A stretch of DNA of 64,000 bases from Utricularia gibba (GCA_002189035.1 NEEC01000011.1:3360837-3424836); one strand, 5' to 3'; shown: positions 1-13,295, counted from the stretch's first letter. Notes: a model not told the origin generated them from the letters alone. A program made the numbers and translations.

Positions 1-340
1 ATTAGCCTTCAATTGTGCCACAAAGTGGCCACGACGTTCGCGATGATGCGACCTCGGACTTCCGATTCGACGCGAATGGGTTTTCTCGCTTCAAACATAT
101 GGATTTCATTGGAAGGTATGAAATTTTTGTTTTAGAGGCGAACCCTTACAATGCCACGGTTGTGTTCCAACCCACACCTGATGCAGGCCTCGTGCACCAT
201 TCCGTATTTTGTATATCTTGAAAACCGTGATGAGCCGTTGCACACGACACACCGTTTCGAAGCTCATTCCAGAGCGGTCATCTTCCGTTTTTGAAGCTTC
301 GTCGTCCGACGATGTATCAGAGCTCGAATTATTGCCTTAT
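1..340 (+). repeat. Representative monomer (X-like subtype)
   Basis: Runs from attagccttc at 1 to the next attagccttc at 341. It carries X alleles acctcggact, gggttttctc, atggat, ggtatg, ttagaggcgaaccc and ccagagcgg. Confidence 0.95.
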
Positions 341-2044
341 ATTAGCCTTCAATTGTGCCACAAAGTGGCCACGACGTCGCGATGATGCGACTCGGGCTTC
401 CAATTCGACGCAAATGTGATTTCTCGCTTCAAAACATATGCATTTCATTGGAAGGTGTGAAATTTTTGTTTTTTGAGGCGATCCCTTACAATGCACGGTT
501 GTGTTCCAACCCACACCTGATGCAGGCCTCGTGCACCATTCCGTATTTTATCGATATCTTGAAAACCGTGATGAGCCACGTTGCACGACACACCGTTTCG
601 AAGCTCATTCCAGGCGGTCATCTTCCGTTTTTGAAGCTTCGTCGTCCGACGATGTATCAGAGCTCGAATTATTGCCTTATATTAGCCTTCAATTGTGCCA
701 CAAAGTGGCCACGACGTTCGCGATGATGCGACCTCGGACTTCCGATTCGACGCGAATGGATTTCTCGCTTTCAAAACATATGCATTTCATTGGAAGGTGT
801 GAAATTTTCGTTTTTGAGGCGATCCCTTACAATGCCACGGTTGTGTTCCAACCCACACCTGATGAAGGCCTCGTGCACCATTCCGTATTTTGTCGATATC
901 TTGAAAACCGTGATGAGCCACGTTGCGCACGACACCGTTTCGAAGCTCATTCCAGGGCGGTCATCTTCCGTTTTTGAAGCTTCGTCGTCCGACGATGTAT
1001 CAGAGCTCGAATTATTGCCTTATATTAGCCTTCAATTGTGCCACAAAGTGGCCACGACGTTCGCGATGATGCGACTCGGACTTCCGATTCGACGCGAATG
1101 GGATTTCTCGCTTCAAACATATGGATTTCATTGGAAGGTGTGAAATTTTTGTTTTGAGGCGACCCTTACAATGCCACGGTGTGTTCCAACCCACACCTGA
1201 TGCAGGCCTCGTGCACCATTCCGTATTTTGTCGATATCTTGAAAACCGTGATGAGCCACGTTGCACACGACACACCGTTTCGAAGCTCATTCCGAGGCGG
1301 TCATCTTCCGTTTTGAAGCTTTGTCGTTCGACAATATATCAGAGCTCGAATTATTGCCTTATATTAGCCTTCAATTGTGCCACAAAGTGGCCACGACGTT
1401 CGCGATGATGCGACCTCGGACTTCCGATTCGACGCGAATGGGTTTTCTCGCTTCAAGACATATGGATTTCATTGGAAGGTATGAAATTTTTGTTTTAGAG
1501 GCGACCCTTACAATGCCACGGTTGTGTTCCAACCCACACCTGATGCAGGCCTCGTGCACCATTCCGTATTTTGTAAATATCTTGAAAACCGTGATGAGCC
1601 TTGTTGCACACGACACACCGTTTCGAAGCTCATTCCAGGCGGTCATCTTCCGTTTTTGAAGCTTCGTCGTCCGACGATGTATCAGAGCTCGAATTATTGC
1701 CTTATATTAGCCTTCAATTGTGCCAAAGTGGCCACGACGTTCGCGATGATGCGACTCGGGCTTCCAATTCGACGCAAATGTGATTTCTCGCTTGCAAAAC
1801 ATATGCATTTCATTGGAAGGTGTGAAATTTTTGTTTTGAGGCGATCCCTTACAATGCCACGGTTGTGTTCCAACCCACACCTGATGCAGGCCTCGTGCAC
1901 CATTCCGTATTTTATCGATATCTTGAAAACCGTGATGAGCCACGTTGCGACGACACACCGTTTCGAAGCTCATTCCAGGCGGTCATCTTCCGTTTTGAAG
2001 CTTCGTCGTCCGACGATATATCAGAGCTCGAATTATTGCCTTAT

Positions 2045-4089
2045 ATTAGCCTTCAATTGTGCCAAAAGTGGCCACGACGTTCGCGATGATGCGACCTCGG
2101 ACTTCCGATTCGACGCGAATGGATTTCTCGCTTTCAAAACATATGCATTTCATTGGAAGGTGTGAAATTTTCGTTTTTGAGGCGATCCCTTACAATGCCA
2201 CGGTTGTGTTCCAACCCACACCTGATGCAGGCCTCGTGCACCATTCCGTATTTTCTCGATATCTTGAAACCGTGATGAGCCACGTTGCGCACGACACACC
2301 GTTTCGAAGCTCATTCCAGGCGGTCATCTTCCGTTTTTGAAGCTTCGTCGTCCGACAATATATCAGAGCTCGAATTATTGCCTTATATTAGCCTTCAATT
2401 GTGCCACAAAGTGGCCACGACGTTCGCGATGATGCGACTCGGACTTCCGATTCGACGCGAATGGATTTCTCGCTTCAAAACATATGATTTCATTGGAAGG
2501 TGTGAAATTTTCGTTTTAGAGGCGATCCCTTACAATGCCACGGTGTGTTCCAACCCACACCTGATGCAGGCCTCGTGCACCATTCCGTATTTTGTCGATA
2601 TCTTAAAACCGTGATGAGCCACGTTGCGCACGACACACCGTTTCGAAGCTCATTCCAGAGCGGTCATCTTCCGTTTTTGAAGCTTCGTCGTCCGACGATG
2701 TATCAGAGCTCGAATTATTGCCTTATATTAGCCTTCAATTGTGCCACAAAGTGGCCACGACGTTCGCGATGATGCGACTCGGGGCTTCCAATTCGACGCA
2801 AATGTGATTTCTCGCTTGCAAAATATGCATTTCATTGGAAGGTGTGAAATTTTTTTTTTGAGGCGATCCCTTACAATGCCACGGTTGTGTTCCAACCCAC
2901 ACCTGATGCAGGCCTCGTGCACCATTCCGTATTTTATCGATATCTTGAAAACCGTGATGAGCCACGTTGCGCACGACACACCGTTTCGAAGCTCATTCCA
3001 GGCGGTCATCTTCCGTTTTGAAGCTTTCGTCCGACAATATATCAGAGCTCGAATTATTGCCTTATATTACCCTTCAATTGTGCCACAAAGTGGCCACGAC
3101 GTTCGCGATGATGCGACCTCGGACTTCCGATTCGACGCGAATGGATTTCTCGCTTCAAAACATATGCATTTCATTGGAAGGTGTGAAATTTTTCGTTTTT
3201 GAGGCGATCCCTTACAATGCCACGGTTGTGTTCCAACCCACACCTGATGAAGGCCTCGTGCACCATTCCGTATTTTTCGATATCTTGAAACCGTGATGAG
3301 CCACGTTGCGCACGACACACCGTTTCGAAGCTCATTCCAGGGCGGTCATCTTCCGTTTTTGAAGCTTCGTCGTCCGACAATATATCAGAGCTCGAATTAT
3401 TGCCTTATATTAGCCTTCAATTGTGCCACAAAGTGGCCACGACGTTCGCGATGATGCGACTCGGACTTCCGATTCGACGCGAATGGATTTCTCGCTTCAA
3501 AACATATGATTTCATTGGAAGGTGTGAAATTTTCGTTTTAGAGGCGATCCCTTACAATGCCACGTGTGTGTTCCAACCCACACCTGATGCAGGCCTCGTG
3601 CACCATTCCGTATTTTGTCGATATCTTAAAACCGTGATGAGCCACGTTGCGCACGACACACCGTTTCGAAGCTCATTCCAGAGCGGTCATCTTCCGTTTT
3701 TGAAGCTTCGTCGTCCGACAATGTATCAGAGCTCGAATTATTGCCTTATATTAGCCTTCAATTGTGCCACAAAGTGGCCACGACGTTCGCGATGATGCGA
3801 CTCGGGGCTTCCGATTCGACGCAAATGGATTTCTCGCTTCAAAACATATGCATTTCATTGGAAGGTGTGAAATTTTGTTTTTGAGGCGATCCCTTACAAT
3901 GCACGGTTGTGTTCCAACCCACACCTGATGCAGGCCTCGTGCACCATTCCGTATTTTATCGATATCTTGAAAACCGTGATGAGCCACGTTGCGCACGACA
4001 CACGTTTCGAAGCTCATTCAGGGCGGTCATCTTCCGTTTTGGAAGCTTCGTCGTCCGACAATATATCAGAGCTCGAATTATTGCCTTAT
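2045..4089 (+). repeat. Two tandem copies of a 3-monomer higher-order repeat (Z-V-Y, ~1.02 kb)
   Basis: Monomer starts are 2045/2387/2727 and 3066/3409/3750. The rare alleles catatgatttc (~2481, ~3504) and atcttaaaacc (~2600, ~3623) recur ~1022 bp apart in the middle monomer. Confidence 0.75.
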
Positions 4090-4864
4090 ATTACCCTTCA
4101 ATTGTGCCACAAAGTGGCCACGACGTTCGCGATGATGCGACCTCGGACTTCCGATTCGACGCGAATGGGATTTCTCGCTTTCAAAACATATGGATTTCAT
4201 TGGAAGGTGTGAAATTTTTGTTTTTTGAGGCGATCCCTTACAATGCCACGGTGTGTTCCAACCCACACCTGATGCAGGCCTCGTGCACCATTCCGTATTT
4301 TGTCGATATCTTGAAAACCGTGATGAGCCACGTTGCACACGACACACCGTTTCGAAGCTCATTCCAGGCGGTCATCTTCCGTTTTGAAGCTTCGTCGTCC
4401 GACGATGTATCAGAGCTCGAATTATTGCCTTATATTAGCCTTCAATTGTGCCACAAAGTGGCCACGACGTTCGCGATGATGCGACCTCGGACTTCCGATT
4501 CGACGCGAATGGGATTTCTCGCTTCAAACATATGGATTTCATTGGAAGGTGTGAAATTTTTTTTTAGAGGCGAACCCTTACAATGCCACGGTTGTGTTCC
4601 AACCCACACCTGATGCAGGCCTCGTGCACCATTCCGTATTTTGTAAATATCTTGAAAACCGTGATGAGCCTGTTGCACACGACACACCGTTTCGAAGCTC
4701 ATTCCAGAGCGGTCATCTTCCGTTTTGAAGCTTCGTCGTCCGACGATGTATCAGAGCTCGAATTATTGCCTTATATTAGCCTTCAATTGTGCCACAAAGT
4801 GGCCACGACGTCGCGATGATGCGACTCGGGCTTCCAATTCGACGCAAATGTGATTTCTCGCTTG

Positions 4865-5060
4865 CAAAAATGATATTGGAAGGTGTGAAAATTTTGTTTT
4901 TGAGGCATTTCATGCACGGTTTGGAAGGCCTGTGCAATTCCGTATTTTTGTTTTTGATGAGCCACGATTTCGAAGCTCATTCAGGCGGTCATCTTCCGTT
5001 TGGATGGTCCGACGATGTATGTGAATTATTGCCTTAACCCAATTGTGCACCTTCGCGATG
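4865..5060. other. Garbled, compressed monomer (probable low-quality sequence)
   Basis: Monomer words occur in roughly the right order with many deletions, e.g. gaggcatttcatgcacggtttggaaggcctgtgcaattccg. Confidence 0.65.
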
Positions 5061-5789
5061 ATGCGACCTCGGACTTCCGATTCGACGCGAATGATTTCTC
5101 GCTTTCAAAACATATGCATTTCATTGGAAGGTGTGAAATTTTTCGTTTTTGAGGCGATCCCTTACAATGCCACGGTTGTGTTCCAACCCACACCTGATGA
5201 GGCCTCGTGCACCATTCCGTATTTTTCGATATCTTGAAAACCGTGATGAGCCACGTTGCGCACGACACACCGTTTCGAAGCTCATTCCAGGGCGGTCATC
5301 TTCCGTTTTGAAGCTTCGTCGTCCGATATATATCAGAGCTCGAATTATTGCCTTATATTAGCCTTCAATTGTGCCACAAAGTGGCCACGACGTTCGCGAT
5401 GATGCGACTCGGACTTCCGATTCGACGCGAATGGGTTTTCTCGCATTCAAACATATGGATTTCATTGGAAGGTATGAAATTTTGTTTTGAGGCCCCTTAC
5501 AATGCCACGGTGTGTTCCAACCCACACCTGATGCAGGCCTCGTGCACCATTCCGTATTTTTGTATCTTGAAAACCGTGATGAGCCTTGTTGCACACGACA
5601 CACCGTTTCGAAGCTCATTCCAGGCGGTCATCTTCCGTTTTGAAGCTTCGTCGTCCGACGATGTATCAGAGCTCGAATTATTGCCTTATATTAGCCTTCA
5701 ATTGTGCCACAAAGTGGCCACGACGTTCGCGATGATGCGACCTCGGACTTCCGATTCGACGCGAATGGGTTTTCTCGCTTCAAACATAT

Positions 5790-6830
5790 GGGCGGGAAGA
5801 TGCATTTGTATTTGAAGAAGTTGTTAAGAGGCGAAATATATCAGAGCTCGAATTATTGCCTTATATTAGCCTTCAATTGTGCCACAAAGTGGCCACGACG
5901 TTCGCGATGATGCGACTCCTTCCGATTCGACGCCACACCTGATGCAGGCCTCGTGCACCATTCCGTATTTTTCGATATCTTGAAACCGTGATGAGCCACG
6001 TTGCACGACACACCGTTTCGAAGCTCATTCCAGGGCGGTCATCTTCCGCTTCGTCGTCCGACGATGTATCAGAGCTCGAATTATTGCCTTATATTAGCCT
6101 TCAATTGTGCCACAAAGTGGCCACGACGTTCGCGATGATGCGACTCGGACTTCCGATTCGACGCGAATGGATTTCTCGCTTTCAAAACATATGCATTTCA
6201 TTGGAAGCGTTTTGAGGCGATCCCTTACAATGCCACGGTTGTGTTCCAACCCACACCTGATTCGTGCACCATTCCGTAATATCTTGAAACCGTGATGAGC
6301 CACGTTGCGCACGACACACCGTTTCGAAGCTCATTCCACGGTCATCTTCCGTTTTTGAAGCTTCGTCGTCCGACGATCAGAGCTCGAATTATTGCCTTAT
6401 ATTAGCCTTCAATTGTGCCACAAAGTGGCCACGACGTTCGCGATGATGCGACTCGGACTTCCGATTCGACGCGAATGGTTTCTCGCTTCAAGACATATGG
6501 ATTTCATTGGAAGGTGTGAAATTTTTTTTAGAGGCGAACAAATGTGAACGATGTCGTGCGCGAGCAAAACGATTTCGATGCATTTCAAGCTTCGTCGTCC
6601 GACGATGTATCAGAGCTCGAATTATTGCCTTATATTAGCCTTCAATTGTGCCACAAAGTGGCCACGACGTTCGCGATGATGCGACCTCGGACTTCCGATT
6701 CGACTTAAACAATGCACGATCCCTTAAATGTGTGTGTCTCACCATTCCGTATTTTGTCGATATCTTGAAAACCGTGATGAGCCACCTGATGCATTTCATT
6801 TGGACATGCACCATAATTTTGTGCCACAAA
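5790..6830. other. Cluster of garbled or deleted monomers (probable low-quality sequence)
   Basis: Large skips at ~5790-5840 and ~5933 (gattcgacgc joined to cacacctgatg), with scrambled text at ~6535-6590 and ~6700-6830. Confidence 0.65.
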
Positions 6831-9800
6831 GTGGCCACGACGTTCGCGATGATGCGACTCGGACTTCCGATTCGACGCGAATGGGTTTTCTCGCTTCAAA
6901 CATATGGATTTCATTGGAAGGTGTGAAATTTTTTTTTGAGGCGAACCCTTACAATGCCACGGTTGTGTTCCAACCCACACCTGATGCAGGCCTCGTGCAC
7001 CATTCCGTATTTTGATATCTTGAAAACCGTGATGAGCCGTTGCACACGACACACCGTTTCGAAGCTCATTCCAGGCGGTCATCTTCCGTTTTTGAAGCTT
7101 CGTCGTCCGACGATGTATCAGAGCTCGAATTATTGCCTTATATTAGCCTTCAATTGTGCCACAAAGTGGCCACGACGTTCGCGATGATGCGACTCGGACT
7201 TCCAATTCGACGCAAATGGATTTCTCGCTTCAAACATATGCATTTCATTGGAAGGTGTGAAATTTTTGTTTTAGAGGCGAACCCTTACAATGCCACGGTG
7301 TGTTCCAACCCACACCTGATGCAGGCCTCGTGCACCATTCCGTATTTTGTAAATATCTTGAAAACCGTGATGAGCCGTTGCACACGACACACCGTTTCGA
7401 AGCTCATTCCGCGGTCATCTTCCGTTTTTGAAGCTTCGTCGTCCGACGATATATCAGAGCTCGAATTATTGCCTTATATTAGCCTTCAATTGTGCCACAA
7501 AGTGGCCACGACGTTCGCGATGATGCGACTCGGGGCTTCCGATTCGACGCGAATGGATTTCTCGCTTCAAAACATATGCATTTCATTGGAAGGTATGAAA
7601 TTTTTGTTTTAGAGGCGAACCCTTACAATGCCACGGTGTGTTCCAACCCACACCTGATGCAGGCCTCGTGCACCATTCCGTATTTTGTAAATATCTTGAA
7701 AACCGTGATGAGCCTTGTTGCACACGACACACCGTTTCGAAGCTCATTCCGAGCGGTCATCTTCCGTTTTGAAGCTTCGTCGTTCGACAATATATCAGAG
7801 CTCGAATTATTGCCTTATATTAGCCTTCAATTGTGCCACAAAGTGGCCACGACGTTCGCGATGATGCGACTCGGACTTCCGATTCGACGCGAATGGGATT
7901 TCTCGCTTCAAACATATGCATTTCATTGGAAGGTGTGAAATTTTTGTTTTTTGAGGCGATCCCTTACAATGCCACGGTTGTGTTCCAACCCACACCTGAT
8001 GCAGGCCTCGTGCACCATTCCGTATTTTATCGATATCTTGAAAACCGTGATGAGCCACGTTGCGCACGACACACCGTTTCGAAGCTCATTCAGGGCGGTC
8101 ATCTTCCGTTTTGAAGCTTCGTCCGACAATATATCAGAGCTCGAATTATTGCCTTATATTACCCTTCAATTGTGCCACAAAGTGGCCACGACGTTCGCGA
8201 TGATGCGACCTCGGACTTCCGATTCGACGCGAATGGATTTCTCGCTTCAAAACATATGCATTTCATTGGAAGGTGTGAAATTTTTGTTTTAGAGGCGATC
8301 CCTTACAATGCCACGGTGTGTTCCAACCCACACCTGATGCAGGCCTCGTGCACCATTCCGTATTTTGTCGATATCTTGAAAACCGTGATGAGCCACGTTG
8401 CGCACGACACACCGTTTCGAAGCTCATTCCAGAGCGGTCATCTTCCGTTTTTGAAGCTTCGTCGTCCGACGATGTATCAGAGCTCGAATTATTGCCTTAT
8501 ATTAGCCTTCAATTGTGCCACAAAGTGGCCACGACGTTCGCGATGATGCGACTCGGGGCTTCCAATTCGACGCAAATGTGATTTCTCGCTTGCAAAACAT
8601 ATGCATTTCATTGGAAGGTGTGAAATTTTTGTTTTTGAGGCGATCCCTTACAATGCCACGGTTGTGTTCCAACCCACACCTGATGCAGGCCTCGTGCACC
8701 ATTCCGTATTTTATCGATATCTTGAAACCGTGATGAGCCACGTTGCGCACGACACACCGTTTCGAAGCTCATTCAGGCGGTCATCTTCCGTTTTGAAGCT
8801 TCGTCGTCCGACAATATATCAGAGCTCGAATTATTGCCTTATATTACCCTTCAATTGTGCCACAAAGTGGCCACGACGTTCGCGATGATGCGACCTCGGA
8901 CTTCCGATTCGACGCGAATGGGATTTCTCGCTTTCAAACATATGGATTTCATTGGAAGGTGTGAAATTTTTCGTTTTGAGGCGATCCCTTACAATGCCAC
9001 GGTGTGTTCCAACCCACACCTGATGCAGGCCTCGTGCACCATTCCGTATTTTGTCGATATCTTGAAAACCGTGATGAGCCTTGTTGCACACGACACACCG
9101 TTTCGAAGCTCATTCCGAGGCGGTCATCTTCCGTTTTGAAGCTTCGTCGTCCGACAATATATCAGAGCTCGAATTATTGCCTTATATTAGCCTTCAATTG
9201 TGCCACAAAGTGGCCACGACGTTCGCGATGATGCGACCTCGGACTTCCGATTCGACGCGAATGGGTTTTCTCGCTTCAAACATATGGATTTCATTGGAAG
9301 GTGTGAAATTTTTGTTTTAGAGGCGAACCCTTACAATGCCACGGTTGTGTTCCAACCCACACCTGATGCAGGCCTCGTGCACCATTCCGTATTTTATCGA
9401 TATCTTGAAAACCGTGATGAGCCACGTTTCACACGACACACCGTTTCGAAGCTCATTCCGAGGCGGTCATCTTCCGTTTTGAAGCTTTGTCGTTCGACAA
9501 TATATCAGAGCTCGAATTATTGCCTTATATTAGCCTTCAATTGTGCCACAAAGTGGCCACGACGTTCGCGATGATGCGACCTCGGACTTCCGATTCGACG
9601 CGAATGGGTTTTCTCGCATTCAAGACATATGGATTTCATTGGAAGGTATGAAATTTTTGTTTTAGAGGCGAACCCTTACAATGCCACGGTTGTGTTCCAA
9701 CCCACACCTGATGCAGGCCTCGTGCACCATTCCGTATTTTGTAATATCTTGAAAACCGTGATGAGCCTTGTTGCACACGACACACCGTTTCGAAGCTCAT

Positions 9801-12262
9801 TCCAGAGCGGTCATCTTCCGTTTTTGAAGCTTCGTCGTCCGATGTATCAGAGCTCGAATTATTGCCTTATATTAGCCTTCAATTGTGCCACAAAGTGGCC
9901 ACGACGTCGCGATGATGCGACTCGGGCTTCCAATTCGACGCAAATGTGATTTCTCGCTTGCAAAACATATGCATTTCATTGGAAGGTGTGAAATTTTTGT
10001 TTTTGAGGCGATCCCTTACAATGCCACGGTTGTGTTCCAACCCACACCTGATGCAGGCCTCGTGCACCATTCCGTATTTTATCGATATCTTGAAACCGTG
10101 ATGAGCCACGTTGCGCACGACACACCGTTTCGAAGCTCATTCCAGGGCGGTCATCTTCCGTTTTGGAAGCTTCGTCGTCCGACGATGTATCAGAGCTCGA
10201 ATTATTGCCTTATATTAGCCTTCAATTGTGCCACAAAGTGGCCACGACGTTCGCGATGATGCGACCTCGGACTTCCGATTCGACGCGAATGGATTTCTCG
10301 CTTTCAAAACATATGCATTTCATTGGAAGGTGTGAAATTTTTCGTTTTTGAGGCGATCCCTTACAATGCCACGGTTGTGTTCCAACCCACACCTGATGCA
10401 GGCCTCGTGCACCATTCCGTATTTTTCGATATCTTGAAAACCGTGATGAGCCACGTTGCGCACGACACACCGTTTCGAAGCTCATTCCAGGGCGGTCATC
10501 TTCCGTTTTTGAAGCTTCGTCGTCCGACAATATATCAGAGCTCGAATTATTGCCTTATATTACCCTTCAATTGTGCCACAAAGTGGCCACGACGTTCGCG
10601 ATGATGCGACTCGGGCTTCCAATTCGACGCAAATGGATTTCTCGCTTGCAAAACATATGCATTTCATTGGAAGGTGTGAAATTTTGTTTTAGAGGCGATC
10701 CCTTACAATGCCACGGTGTGTTCCAACCCACACCTGATGCAGGCCTCGTGCACCATTCCGTATTTTGTAAATATCTTGAAAACCGTGATGAGCCTTGTTG
10801 CACACGACACACCGTTTCGAAGCTCATTCCAGGGCGGTCATCTTCCGTTTTGAAGCTTCGTCGTCCGACAATATATCAGAGCTCGAATTATTGCCTTATA
10901 TTACCCTTCAATTGTGCCACAAAGTGGCCACGACGTTCGCGATGATGCGACTCGGGGCTTCCAATTCGACGCAAATGTGATTTCTCGCTTGCAAAACATA
11001 TGCATTTCATTGGAAGGTGTGAAATTTTTGTTTTAGAGGCGATCCCTTACAATGCCACGGTTGTGTTCCAACCCACACCTGATGCAGGCCTCGTGCACCA
11101 TTCCGTATTTTGTCGATATCTTGAAAACCGTGATGAGCCACGTTGCGCACGACACACCGTTTCGAAGCTCATTCCAGGCGGTCATCTTCCGTTTTTGAAG
11201 CTTCGTCGTCCGACGATGTATCAGAGCTCGAATTATTGCCTTATATTAGCCTTCAATTGTGCCACAAAGTGGCCACGACGTCGCGATGATGCGACTCGGA
11301 CTTCCGATTCGACGCAAATGGATTTCTCGCTTCAAAACATATGCATTTCATTGGAAGGTGTGAAATTTTCGTTTTAGAGGCGATCCCTTACAATGCCACG
11401 GTGTGTTCCAACCCACACCTGATGCAGGCCTCGTGCACCATTCCGTATTTTGTCGATATCTTGAAAACCGTGATGAGCCACGTTGCGCACGACACACCGT
11501 TTCGAAGCTCATTCCAGAGCGGTCATCTTCCGTTTTGAAGCTTCGTCGTCCGACGATGTATCAGAGCTCGAATTATTGCCTTATATTAGCCTTCAATTGT
11601 GCCACAAAGTGGCCACGACGTTCGCGATGATGCGACTCGGGCTTCCAATTCGACGCAAATGTGATTTCTCGCTTCAAAACATATGCATTTCATTGGAAGG
11701 TGTGAAATTTTTGTTTTTGAGGCGATCCCTTACAATGCCACGGTTGTGTTCCAACCCACACCTGATGCAGGCCTCGTGCACCATTCCGTATTTTATCGAT
11801 ATCTTGAAACCGTGATGAGCCACGTTGCACGACACACGTTTCGAAGCTCATTCCAGGCGGTCATCTTCCGTTTTGAAGCTTCGTCGTCCGACGATGTATC
11901 AGAGCTCGAATTATTGCCTTATATTAGCCTTCAATTGTGCCACAAAGTGGCCACGACGTTCGCGATGATGCGACCTCGGACTTCCGATTCGACGCGAATG
12001 GGTTTTCTCGCTTCAAACATATGGATTTCATTGGAAGGTGTGAAATTTTTGTTTTAGAGGCGAACCCTTACAATGCCACGGTTGTGTTCCAACCCACACC
12101 TGATGCAGGCCTCGTGCACCATTCCGTATTTTATCGATATCTTGAAAACCGTGATGAGCCACGTTGCACGACACACCGTTTCGAAGCTCATTCCAGGCGG
12201 TCATCTTCCGTTTTGAAGCTTCGTCGTCCGACGATGTATCAGAGCTCGAATTATTGCCTTAT

Positions 12263-13295
12263 ATTAGCCTTCAATTGTGCCACAAAGTGGCCACGACGTT
12301 CGCGATGATGCGACCTCGGACTTCCGATTCGACGCGAATGGGATTTCTCGCTTTCAAAACATATGGATTTCATTGGAAGGTGTGAAATTTTTCGTTTTTG
12401 AGGCGATCCCTTACAATGCCACGGTTGTGTTCCAACCCACACCTGATGAAGGCCTCGTGCACCATTCCGTATTTTGTCGATATCTTGAAACCGTGATGAG
12501 CCACGTTGCGCACGACACACCGTTTCGAAGCTCATTCCAGGGCGGTCATCTTCCGTTTTTGAAGCTTCGTCGTCCGACAATATATCAGAGCTCGAATTAT
12601 TGCCTTATATTACCCTTCAATTGTGCCACAAAGTGGCCACGACGTTCGCGATGATGCGACCTCGGACTTCCGATTCGACGCGAATGGGATTTCTCGCTTC
12701 AAAACATATGATTTCATTGGAAGGTGTGAAATTTTCGTTTTAGAGGCGATCCCTTACAATGCCACGGTGTGTTCCAACCCACACCTGATGAAGGCCCTCG
12801 TGCACCATTCCGTATTTTGTCGATATCTTGAAAACCGTGATGAGCCCGTTGCGCACGACACACCGTTTCGAAGCTCATTCCAGAGCGGTCATCTTCCGTT
12901 TTTGAAGCTTCGTCGTCCGACGATGTATCAGAGCTCGAATTATTGCCTTATATTAGCCTTCAATTGTGCCACAAAGTGGCCACGACGTTCGCGATGATGC
13001 GACTCGGGGCTTCCAATTCGACGCAAATGTGATTTCTCGCTTGCAAAACATATGCATTTCATTGGAAGGTGTGAAATTTTTGTTTTTGAGGCGATCCCTT
13101 ACAATGGCACGGTTGTGTTCCAACCCACACCTGATGCAGGCCTCGTGCACCATTCCGTATTTTATCGATATCTTGAAACCGTGATGAGCCACGTTGCGCA
13201 CGACACACCGTTTCGAAGCTCATTCCAGGGCGGTCATCTTCCGTTTTGAAGCTTCGTCGTCCGACAATATATCAGAGCTCGAATTATTGCCTTAT
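12263..13295 (+). repeat. Z-V-Y trimer, dispersed copy
   Basis: Z at 12263 (gggatttc, tgaagg, ccagggcgg, gacaatatat), V at 12609 (catatgatttc, ttcgttttagagg, ccagagcgg) and Y at 12952 (ggggcttccaatt, ttgcaaaac, ttttatcgat). Confidence 0.65.
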
